Assembly: GCA_038212275.1 (NCBI GenBank)
Contig: JBBQUR010000019.1
Span: forward strand, 34,627 to 98,626
Reading direction: 5' to 3'
Origin: Planctomycetota bacterium
GTDB lineage: Bacteria; Planctomycetota; B15-G4
Length of the DNA stretch: 64,000 bases
Every line of letters begins with the position of its first letter. Positions within the stretch are counted from its first letter, which is position 1. Both the position numbers and the translations under genes were made by a program. Below the pieces are notes generated by a model, which ran no database searches, was not told the DNA's origin, and saw only the letters and a list, made by a program, of their open reading frames with translations. This document shows positions 1 through 8,575 of the stretch, one piece after another.

Positions 1-2
1 GC

Positions 3-1124
3 CAGCTCGGGCCGCGGCATCGCACCGACAGGCCGCGCAAGGACGGGCCGCTCGCGCTCGGGATGATCGGTGTCGGCGGTCGCGGCGCGGACAACCTCGC
101 CGCGGTGTCGGGCGAGCACATCGCGGCGCTCTGCGACGTGGACGCCGACCAGCTCGCAGTGGCGGCGGCGCAGTTCCCGGCGGCACGCCTGTTCCGCGAC
201 TACCGCGAGATGCTGGCGGCCGTGCCGCTGGACGCCGTGGTGATCAGCACGCCGGATCACACGCACGCGCCGGCCACGCTCGCCGCGCTGGCCGCAGGCC
301 TCGACGTCTACTGCGAGAAGCCGCTCGCGCATTCGGTGGCCGAGGTGCGGGCCGTCGCTGCCGCGGCCGCGTGGCATGGCGCCGTCACGCAGATGGGCAC
401 GCAGATCCATGCGGGGGACAACTACCGTCGGGTCGTGGAGCTGGTGCGTGCCGGCGCCATCGGCCCGGTGCACGAGGCGCACTGCTGGGTGGGCAAGTCC
501 TGGGGCGGCGGCGAGCGGCCGACGGAGACGCCGCCGGTGCCCGCCTCGCTCGATTGGAATCTGTGGCTCGGCACCGCGCCGCGCAGGCCGTACAGCCCCG
601 ACTATCACCCCGCGGGCTGGCGCCGCTTCTGGGACTTCGGCTCCGGCACGCTGGGCGACATGGGTTGCCACCACCTCGACCTGCCGTTCTGGGCGCTGGA
701 CCTGCAGCAGCCCCGCGACGTGGTTGCCGAGGGCCCGCCGCCGAACGCCGACACCGCGCCGGCCGAGCTGACCGTGCGCTGGTCCTTCCCGGGCGTGCAG
801 CTCTGGTGGCACGACGGCGGCCGCCGCCCGCCGCAGTTCGCGCAGGGCCTGCTGCCGGAGTGGGGCGACGGCACGCTCTTCGTCGGCGAGCGCGGCCTGC
901 TGCTCGCGGACTACGGCCGGCTGGTGCTCCTTCCCGAGCAGCGCTTCGCCGACGTCATGCGCCCCGCGCCCACGATCCCGGCGTCGGTCGGCCACCACAA
1001 AGAGTGGCTGGACGCCTGCCGCACGCGCGGCGAGACCAGTTGCGATTTCCGCCGTGCCGCGCCGCTCACCGAGACCGTGCTGCTGGGCGTCGAGGCCTAC
1101 CGGCGCACGGCCGCGCCGGGCTGA
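3..1124 (+). CDS. Gfo/Idh/MocA family oxidoreductase (5' end probably outside the window)
   Basis: IGVGGRG Rossmann motif, STPDHTH, CEKP, GDMGCHHLD; frame is open back to the window start. Confidence 0.9.
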   Translation, partial: QLGPRHRTDRPRKDGPLALGMIGVGGRGADNLAAVSGEHIAALCDVDADQLAVAAAQFPAARLFRDYREMLAAVPLDAVVISTPDHTHAPATLAALAAGLDVYCEKPLAHSVAEVRAVAAAAAWHGAVTQMGTQIHAGDNYRRVVELVRAGAIGPVHEAHCWVGKSWGGGERPTETPPVPASLDWNLWLGTAPRRPYSPDYHPAGWRRFWDFGSGTLGDMGCHHLDLPFWALDLQQPRDVVAEGPPPNADTAPAELTVRWSFPGVQLWWHDGGRRPPQFAQGLLPEWGDGTLFVGERGLLLADYGRLVLLPEQRFADVMRPAPTIPASVGHHKEWLDACRTRGETSCDFRRAAPLTETVLLGVEAYRRTAAPG

Positions 1125-1161
1125 GCACGCCCCGATCCGGGCGCGTATCCGCGCGGCGCTC

Positions 1162-2238
1162 TCAGCGTCCGATGCGCTCGCGCAGCGCGAACTCCAGGCG
1201 CGCGCGCCAGCGCGGCAGGCCCACGAGCAGCGTATGAGCCTGGACGTCCTGCGCGCCCCAGTCGCGCTTGTGCGGGGCATCGCCCTCCTGGAAATCGCAG
1301 GTGCGCACGCCGCGTTCGATGAGCTGCGACAGCGCCCAGGCGCGCAGCGCGGTGCCCGGTCGCCAGGCGATGTCGGGCGTGAAGCCTTCCTGGATCTGCG
1401 TGTAGACCGAGCCGCTCTGCAGGCCGAACTGCGCGGCGATGGGCTTGCCGCCCAGCTCGAGCAGCGCGAGGCGCAGGCGGCCCTGCGCCAGGTATCCGGT
1501 TGCCATCTCGGCGTAGAACGCGCGCCTCCGTGCGTCGGCGAAACTTCCGCTTCTCCCCTCCGACTGCCAGCGCACCTGGTGCAGCTCGAACAGCGAGGCC
1601 AGGCCCGCGTCGAGTTGTGCGGGGTCCTCGACGAAGCGCGCCCGCGCGCCGGCGCTCTCGATGGAGCGCAGCGCCGCACGCACCTTGCTGCGCATGCGCG
1701 GCTTCAGCATCGCCAGCGTGTCGGCGAAGGTCTCGCCCAGAGGCGCCTGCAGATACACCAGCGGGACGAGCCGGGAGGGCCAGCCGCGCTGCCGCATCGT
1801 GGCCTCCAGCGCCTGCGTGCCTGCCGACAGGCCGGGCGTGCAGAAGAGCAGCAGCGCCGCTGCGTTCCGCTCGTGCGACAGCCCTTCGGCAAGCACCTGC
1901 GCTCCGGCTGACTCGAAGCCCGGAGCGATGAGCGGCTCCAGCGCTTCGGAGTCGAAGCTGCCGTCGGCGGCGTGCAGCAGGCGGCGCAGCGCATACCAGC
2001 CGCGCGACGGCTCGCGCTTCAGCGGGAGGAAGGCCTGCGCGCAGCCCGCGCCGTCGCGCGCCACGAGGGCGAACGGCTCGCTGCGTCCGGGGAAGGCGCG
2101 GAGGTAGGGCAGCACCCAGGCCGGTTCGTTGCAGGGCTGGGCCGGACGAACGCGCTCGCACAAGGCCTGCCACTCGGGCGCGAAGGCCGTCAGCGCATCG
2201 AGGCCGTCGAGCCGCTGCAGGGCCAGCGCGCCGCTCAT
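1162..2238 (-). CDS. GNAT family N-acetyltransferase, CelD/BcsL (Acetyltransf_6) type
   Basis: LFELHQVRW, LALLELGGKPIAAQFG, PGTAL, DFQEGDAPHKRDW; start could be 2238, 2244 or 2262. Confidence 0.8.
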   Translation of the reverse strand: MSGALALQRLDGLDALTAFAPEWQALCERVRPAQPCNEPAWVLPYLRAFPGRSEPFALVARDGAGCAQAFLPLKREPSRGWYALRRLLHAADGSFDSEALEPLIAPGFESAGAQVLAEGLSHERNAAALLLFCTPGLSAGTQALEATMRQRGWPSRLVPLVYLQAPLGETFADTLAMLKPRMRSKVRAALRSIESAGARARFVEDPAQLDAGLASLFELHQVRWQSEGRSGSFADARRRAFYAEMATGYLAQGRLRLALLELGGKPIAAQFGLQSGSVYTQIQEGFTPDIAWRPGTALRAWALSQLIERGVRTCDFQEGDAPHKRDWGAQDVQAHTLLVGLPRWRARLEFALRERIGR

Positions 2239-2296
2239 GTCCATCGAGCCGTTACGAAACATGGGGGCAGCGTGACTGCCTCCGCGGCCACTCGCA

Positions 2297-4558
2297 TCAG
2301 AAATATCCCAGGGCCTCGAGGCCCGCGCGGATGTCGTCCGAGAGCATGAGCGTCGGCACGTCGCGGAAGCCGGTCTCCTGCAGGACCTGGCTGTGCGCGC
2401 GCAGCAGCTCGAGCAGGGCCTTCACGCGTTCGTGCTGCGCCGGGTCGTGCATCAGGTCGTGCTGCTCGTGCGGATCGGCGCGCAGGTCGAACAGCTGCTG
2501 GCGTCCCGTCGGGCCCGGCGGATTGTTGGTGTCGCGCTCCGTGAGCACCAGCTTGTACATGCCGTCGCGCAGGCCGCTGAAGACGAAGCTGCGCGTGTCG
2601 TCTTCGTTCTCGCCGAACTCGCTCTCGATGTAGTGCACGGACGGTGCCAGCGGTGCGGGCTCCGGCTTCACGAGTTGCGCGAAGGTCCTGCCGTCGCCCA
2701 GCTGCTGCTGGCCCGTGCCGGCGAGGTCCAGCAGCGTCGCCGCGATGTCGTGCGTCGCCACCGGATCGGTGACCACGCGGCCGACGGCCACGCCTGGGCC
2801 GCGCAGGATGAGCGGTACGTGCACCACTTCCTGGAAGAGCGAGAAGCCGTGGCCGAGCACGCCGTGCTCGAAGAACTCCTCGCCGTGGTCGCTGGTGATG
2901 AGCAGCAGCGTGTTGTCGACGAGACCGAGCTTCTCCAGCCGGGCCTCCAGCTCGGCGATGCCGTCGTCCATGTAGCGGATCTCGGCGTCGTACAGGTCGC
3001 GGCCCACGAGGCGCTTGCGCTCGTTGAACAGCGGGAAACCGTGGTCCTGCGCGAAGTCCGTCGCGTAGGGCTCGGGCGGCGAATACGGCTCGTGCGGATC
3101 GATGTAGTGCAGGTAGAGGAAGAAGGGCTTGTCGTGGTGGGCGTCGAGCCACGGCAGGATGTGCGCGTTCATGGCCGTGCAGTCGTTGGCGTACTTCCAG
3201 TTGAACTGGTAGCGGGTCAGGTCGGCCAGCACCGCGCCGAAGAGCGAGTCTCGCAGCGACGAGAGCGTGAGCGTGTCCTGCGCGGGTGCGTCGAACCACA
3301 GGTCGAAGCCGCGGTCGAAGTTGAAGACGGCCTTGATGTTGGGGTTGCTCACGAAGCCGGCCGTCTCGAAACCGGCGGCGCGGAAGGTCTCCGCCAGAGT
3401 CTTCGTGCCCGCTGGCGTGTGGAGCTGGCTGCCGTGATAGAGCGCACCGTGGCGCGACGGGAAGAGGCCCGTGAGCAGCGTGCCCGTCGACGGCTTGGTC
3501 CACGAGGCCGCCGCCACGAGATCCTCGAAACGGGTGCCCTGTGCGGCGATGTGATCGATGGTGGGCGAGGTCTTGCGCGGATAGCCGTACGAGGAGAGCG
3601 CATCGGCGCGCAGCGTGTCGATGGTCACGAAGACCACGTTGGGTCCGGTGGGGCGGCCGGCGGCCGGCGTGCTCTGCGGTTCCGGCGCGGCGCCGTCGTC
3701 GGGAGCGGTCGCACCGCTCACGCCGGCCTCGGTCGCACCGCTCACGCCGGCCACGGGCACGGTCGCCTGCGGATCCACGTCGAAGGTGGCCACCCAGACG
3801 ACGGTGCACGTCAGCAGCAGGGCGCGCAGGCCGAAGAGCAGCGGGCGCGGCGCGATCGTTGCGCGACTGGCCGTCCACGCCAGGGCCGGCATGACGGGGC
3901 ACAGCAGTCCCATGCCCAGCCGTGCGAGCACGAGGGACGCCGGCGCGCACAGGCCCGCCGCCAGCCAGGGCCAGAGGCCGGCGTGGTCGTGGAGCAGGAT
4001 CGTCCACGCGCCGGTCAGGCCGAGACCGAGGCTGGCCGCACCGGCCAGCGCGCGCCCGAGCGGCTCGTCCGCCCTGCTGCCGGGCAGCGCCGCGGCGACG
4101 CACTCGAACACGATGAAGAGCGCCGCGCACGCCCCGATGCCGACGACGTCGAGCAGCAGCACGCCGCCCGTGGCGAGAAAGGGCAGCGCCTCGCCCGCGA
4201 GCCACGCACCGAGGGCGATCCACAGCGTGAAGCCGGCGCTGACGCGCACCACGTTGGCCGCCAGGCGCGTGTCGACGGGCCACGCGCCAGACGGTCGCCA
4301 GCGGCGGTCGAGCAGCGGCAGCAGGAGGCATCCCAGCAGGCACAGCAGCAGCGCCAGCAGGCCGAAGCCCAGGGACTCCACCGCGGCACGCTGCAGGATG
4401 ATGAGCGTGCGCTCGCTCCACGGCGACGTGGCGCCCGCCTGGAATTCGAGCACGTGCTCGCGCTGGCTGTACTCCAGCAAGCCGCGCACGCCGCCGAGCA
4501 CCAGCGCCCACAGCGCCACCGACGTGGACCAGCGCAGCATGGAGCGCAGGCGGTTCAT
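2297..4558 (-). CDS. Membrane-anchored sulfatase-like hydrolase/transferase (alkaline phosphatase superfamily)
   Basis: About 7 N-terminal hydrophobic segments, then FVTIDTLRAD, ASWTKPST, YIDPHEPY, TSDHGE; ATG overlaps the upstream stop (ATGA). Confidence 0.85.
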   Translation of the reverse strand: MNRLRSMLRWSTSVALWALVLGGVRGLLEYSQREHVLEFQAGATSPWSERTLIILQRAAVESLGFGLLALLLCLLGCLLLPLLDRRWRPSGAWPVDTRLAANVVRVSAGFTLWIALGAWLAGEALPFLATGGVLLLDVVGIGACAALFIVFECVAAALPGSRADEPLGRALAGAASLGLGLTGAWTILLHDHAGLWPWLAAGLCAPASLVLARLGMGLLCPVMPALAWTASRATIAPRPLLFGLRALLLTCTVVWVATFDVDPQATVPVAGVSGATEAGVSGATAPDDGAAPEPQSTPAAGRPTGPNVVFVTIDTLRADALSSYGYPRKTSPTIDHIAAQGTRFEDLVAAASWTKPSTGTLLTGLFPSRHGALYHGSQLHTPAGTKTLAETFRAAGFETAGFVSNPNIKAVFNFDRGFDLWFDAPAQDTLTLSSLRDSLFGAVLADLTRYQFNWKYANDCTAMNAHILPWLDAHHDKPFFLYLHYIDPHEPYSPPEPYATDFAQDHGFPLFNERKRLVGRDLYDAEIRYMDDGIAELEARLEKLGLVDNTLLLITSDHGEEFFEHGVLGHGFSLFQEVVHVPLILRGPGVAVGRVVTDPVATHDIAATLLDLAGTGQQQLGDGRTFAQLVKPEPAPLAPSVHYIESEFGENEDDTRSFVFSGLRDGMYKLVLTERDTNNPPGPTGRQQLFDLRADPHEQHDLMHDPAQHERVKALLELLRAHSQVLQETGFRDVPTLMLSDDIRAGLEALGYF
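3706..3753. repeat. 24-bp tandem duplication in the sulfatase linker
   Basis: cggtcgcaccgctcacgccggcc(t/a) x2, encoding AGVSGATE/AGVSGATA. Confidence 0.85.
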
Positions 4559-5277
4559 GCGCGGGCCGCTCCTTCCGCGAGATCCGACAGGGCTCCGCTC
4601 CGCGCGACCCGCTCCGGAAAGGCGCGCTTGAGCGCGGACGACGCCACGCAGACGTGGCCGAGCGGCGACCTGAACAGGCGGAAGCGGCCGCGCGTCACGA
4701 AACCCAGGGCCGAGAGACCCTTGCGCGACACCGCTTTGCCGACATGCGCGTAGCCGACCAGCTCGGCCTTGCCGCTGCACGAGAGGTCATGCAGCACGTA
4801 GCGCATGCCGGCCTCGTAGAGCTTGCGGCCCCGGTGCTCGGGACTGGTGTAGGCCTTGTAGATGAAGACCTGGTCGTCGCGAAGCCTGCGCTTGAGGTGG
4901 CCGGGCACGTTGAGATGGCGCGGATTGACCCACATGCTGAAGACCGCGAGCTCGCGGCCGTTGCTCTCGCGGTGGAAGGCGATCACCACGCGATGACCGA
5001 GTTCCAGCCGGCGGCAACCCGACTCGCGCTGAAACTCGTCCAGTTCCGTGTGCTGTTCCTCGCAGGCGGCCAGCTCCTTCTGCGTGCCCCAGCCGAAGCG
5101 ATAGCCCTCGGGGGCGGTGAAGCTGCGGTGCTCCGCTTCCACGCTGCGCACGAAGACGTCGAAGGTGTCCACGCCCGTTGAGCGGCGCAGGCGGCCCAGC
5201 GCGTGTCGCACGCCCAACCACCAGGCACCGGAGGCATGCTGCGTGGCGGTTTCCGTCGGCACTCGTCCGCTGCCCAT
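4555..5277 (-). CDS. GNAT family N-acetyltransferase
   Basis: FIYKAYTSPEHRGRKLY acetyl-CoA motif A; ATG overlaps the upstream TGA. Confidence 0.75.
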   Translation of the reverse strand: MGSGRVPTETATQHASGAWWLGVRHALGRLRRSTGVDTFDVFVRSVEAEHRSFTAPEGYRFGWGTQKELAACEEQHTELDEFQRESGCRRLELGHRVVIAFHRESNGRELAVFSMWVNPRHLNVPGHLKRRLRDDQVFIYKAYTSPEHRGRKLYEAGMRYVLHDLSCSGKAELVGYAHVGKAVSRKGLSALGFVTRGRFRLFRSPLGHVCVASSALKRAFPERVARSGALSDLAEGAARA

Positions 5278-8200
5278 CAGAGGCCGAGGTACAGCTGGGC
5301 CGTGGAACCGACGGTTCCGACACCGTTCGGCATGGAGGGGTCCATGACGACGTACGCGAAGTCGACGAAGAACTCGAGACCCAGGAAGCTCGGGCCGGGC
5401 GGAAGGTTGAGCGCGGTGATCGGCGCGCTCTGGCCGTTGAGGTCGAGCTTGCCGATGAAGCCCGGCATGATCGCCGTGTTCAGCATGAGCGGGAAGAGCG
5501 AGTCGATGTTGCAGGGCAGCACGCGCGTGTCGGGATCACCGAGGTTCGAGAGCGGCAGGCCCGGCACCTTGCCGGAGACCGTGGGCACGATCGCATACTT
5601 TCGGTTCGGATCGCCCGGGCTTACGAGGCTGAGCGCGATGCTGGCGCCGGCCTGCGCCGAGCCGTGCACGAGCAGCGGTGCGCGGGCGCCGCCCGTTCCG
5701 GGGACCAGCGGCGCGGGCGTTCCCGCGATGCCGTGCTCGTAGACGGCCCAGCCGTCGAGCACGTAGGCGCTGCAGCCCTGCGCACCGGCGAGGCCCGGAG
5801 TGCCCGGCGCGAGGGTCACGCCCTTGGGCGCGTCGTAACTGCCCGCCAGCAGCGTCGGCGCGCCGCCGTTGCGCGTCATGCGCAGCAGGCGCCCGGTCCG
5901 GCCCTCGGTCACGTAGAGTTCGCCGGCCGCATCGAAGGCCAGCCCGCCTTCGAGGTCGCCCTGCGACCAGCCGGTGAAGCTCTGGAAGGCGACGTGACCC
6001 GCCGCCACCGTCGCCGGTGCGACGTCCACGCGCAGGATCTCGCCGACCTTGTCGCCGGGCGCGCCCTGCTCGGTGAGCCACACCTCGGAGGTCAGCGGAT
6101 CCATGGCGGGACGCAGGCCGCGGCTGGAGTGCGTGAGCAGTTGCAGCACGCCGGCGTCGAGTCGCAGCAGGCGGCCGTCGATCTTGCCTGCGGGGCGCTC
6201 GATGAGCAGCACGCGGCCGGCGCCGTCGAGGCACATGCCGCGCACGTCGGTCAGGGCGTTGGGCGCGTCGGCGTAGAGCAGCGTGACGGGATCTCCGGCG
6301 AGCGGGCCGACTTCCCAGAGGCGGCCGTCGCGCGCGGCCACCACGAGCCGGCCGCCGGGGCGCGCCGCGATGGCGATCAGGTCGCCCGCGAGGCCCTGCC
6401 CGGGGCCGGCGATTTCCGTCACGGCGCGCGTCGTCGGCTCGATGCGCAGCACGCGCGAGCCCGCGGTGGCCAGCAGCAGTCCCGTCCCGCCGGGCTCGGC
6501 GCACAAGGCGCGAGGCTCTCCCTGCGCGGGGCTGGCGAATCCGGCGCAGCGGCCGATGGGCGGCGCCAGCGGATCGAGCAGGCCTGGCGCGGGCGCCGGC
6601 ATGCCGCCGAGTTCCCAGAGGAAGTTGCGCTCGGCCACGTACAGGCTCCAGCCGGTGCTGCTGGGAGTCTGGCCCGTGCTCGCTGCGAGCGCGAGACCCG
6701 AGGGATGATTCACGTAGCTCGACCCGATGAGCACCTTCGTGCCGGTCACGCGGTCGTAGCGCAGCAGGCTCCAGTCATCTTCGCTGGCGGTGTAGAGGTT
6801 GCCGTAGGCGTCCGCGACGACATCGCCGTCGCCCCAGCTGCTGGCATTGGAGTAGTTGAGGCCGTTGAAGCCGGCGATCGGCTGCAGGCCCGCGGGAGTG
6901 GCGACATCGAGGCTGTCCACGGTGCCGACGAAGCCCGCCGCCTGCCACTGCGTGACGAGTGCGCGCGCGGTGAAGGGGTCGACGGCGAGGCCGCGCGTCT
7001 CCTTGGTCGTCGCAAGCGACGACACCGAGTTGCCTCCGGGGTCCAGCGCCCAGACCTTGCCGGCAGCAAAGCCCGTGATGTCGGCGAGCAGCGCGCGTCC
7101 CTGGCGCGTGAGCAGCAGGTCCTTGCCGGCGATCACCTGGTTGCCCGCGTCGGCGTACAGCGTCGTCGCCGCGAAGGGACTCTCGGTGAACGACTGCACC
7201 TCGCCGCCGTGCGTGAGCGTGACGACGGCGCCCTTGGCGTCGAGCGCGATGCCCTCGACGCTGCCGAGCAGCCCGCTTGCGGCGTTGAAGATCGTGGTGC
7301 TCGCCAGTCCGGGCAGCGTGATGCGTCGCACCGCGGGATTCAGGCCGAAATTGTCGCCGCCCACGAGCAGGTTGCCGCTGGCGTCGCGGGCCAGGTCGAA
7401 GACGTTCAGGCCGCTGAAGAACATGAGTTGCTTGCCGCGGTCGGGCACGGTGCCGAGATCGCTGCACACCGCGCCGGCCGGCGCGGGCACGTTGCCCCAT
7501 TCGCGGATCTGCGTGGGGGCCTCGCCTTCCGCGAGGTAGGCGCTCCAGCCGCTTGCGCTGGCGACGCCGCCGCTCGAGGTGGCGATGCACACGCCGCGCA
7601 ACGTCGTGGTCGCGCTGGCGAGCATGCTGGACAGCCCGGTCGCGCGCGTGTGCAGCCAGAGCTTGCTGCCCGCGACATACAGCGCGTCGCCGTTCGTCAG
7701 CGCGGCGAGGTCGCCATCGAGCTTGGCCGCCGTGAAGCCCGGGTTGGCGCCGCTGCCGAGCAGGCTCGACGGGTGCGAGGCGTTGCTGGTGTCGACGCGC
7801 CGCAGCGCACCGCCGCCCGCTTCGTCGCTGAACAGCACGCCGGGGCCCAGAGGATCGGCGGCCAGGCCCAGCGGCTGGTGCGCCACGAGGTAGTACGCCC
7901 AGCGCTGCCCGTTCGCGCTGATGAAGTCGAGCGCGCGCACGCCGGTGGACGGCGTCTTGCTGGCGATCAGCAGCGTGCCGGCGGTGTCGACGATCAGGTC
8001 GGTCGGGTCGTCGACGAGGAAGCCGTCGGCGTAGATCTTCGTGGCGGCGCCTCCTGCGGCCGGGAGGCTGTACAGGTCACCCGAGTCGTCGAGCAGCACC
8101 AGCGCACCGGTGGGCGTCTGCACGAGCGCGCGCAGCGGCTTGGGAAATGGCGCCCCGAGGGCGGTGGCGAGCACCGTGCGCGTCCCGGTGATCGCGAGGC

Positions 8201-8402
8201 GACCGACCTCGCCCTCCGCGGTGCAGTAGAGGAAGGACGCGCTCGTCGCGGCGTCCGGGGCCAGGTCCACCACGCGGCCGGGGATCGTGGTCAGTGTGCC
8301 CAGCGTCTGGGCGGCGCAAGGCTGCGTGAAGGCCGCAACGGACACCGTGACCAGCATCGCGGCGGCACATCGAACGACGAGTGCGGACGGATTGCGAAAC
8401 AC
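5277..8402 (-). CDS. Large secreted multi-beta-propeller protein (NHL/SMP-30-like blades) with a C-terminal beta domain
   Basis: Signal peptide ending CAAQ; repeated blade motifs (GLAADP, GLAVDP, GIALD, GLAFDAAG); GTG start at 8402 is inferred. Confidence 0.75.
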   Translation of the reverse strand: MFRNPSALVVRCAAAMLVTVSVAAFTQPCAAQTLGTLTTIPGRVVDLAPDAATSASFLYCTAEGEVGRLAITGTRTVLATALGAPFPKPLRALVQTPTGALVLLDDSGDLYSLPAAGGAATKIYADGFLVDDPTDLIVDTAGTLLIASKTPSTGVRALDFISANGQRWAYYLVAHQPLGLAADPLGPGVLFSDEAGGGALRRVDTSNASHPSSLLGSGANPGFTAAKLDGDLAALTNGDALYVAGSKLWLHTRATGLSSMLASATTTLRGVCIATSSGGVASASGWSAYLAEGEAPTQIREWGNVPAPAGAVCSDLGTVPDRGKQLMFFSGLNVFDLARDASGNLLVGGDNFGLNPAVRRITLPGLASTTIFNAASGLLGSVEGIALDAKGAVVTLTHGGEVQSFTESPFAATTLYADAGNQVIAGKDLLLTRQGRALLADITGFAAGKVWALDPGGNSVSSLATTKETRGLAVDPFTARALVTQWQAAGFVGTVDSLDVATPAGLQPIAGFNGLNYSNASSWGDGDVVADAYGNLYTASEDDWSLLRYDRVTGTKVLIGSSYVNHPSGLALAASTGQTPSSTGWSLYVAERNFLWELGGMPAPAPGLLDPLAPPIGRCAGFASPAQGEPRALCAEPGGTGLLLATAGSRVLRIEPTTRAVTEIAGPGQGLAGDLIAIAARPGGRLVVAARDGRLWEVGPLAGDPVTLLYADAPNALTDVRGMCLDGAGRVLLIERPAGKIDGRLLRLDAGVLQLLTHSSRGLRPAMDPLTSEVWLTEQGAPGDKVGEILRVDVAPATVAAGHVAFQSFTGWSQGDLEGGLAFDAAGELYVTEGRTGRLLRMTRNGGAPTLLAGSYDAPKGVTLAPGTPGLAGAQGCSAYVLDGWAVYEHGIAGTPAPLVPGTGGARAPLLVHGSAQAGASIALSLVSPGDPNRKYAIVPTVSGKVPGLPLSNLGDPDTRVLPCNIDSLFPLMLNTAIMPGFIGKLDLNGQSAPITALNLPPGPSFLGLEFFVDFAYVVMDPSMPNGVGTVGSTAQLYLGL

Positions 8403-8575
8403 GTTGGGTCGGGGCTCTTCTGGGCGCGGGCGGAAGCGGATCGAGTCTACAGTCCGCTGGTATTCTCGGCTATTTCGCCTGTCCGACTGCTGCACACTTG
8501 GCGCGGCCGCGTCACCGCCCCGACGTGCAGGCAGCCACGGGGCGGCTCACGGAGCGCCTGCGGATCCGGCGCCGG

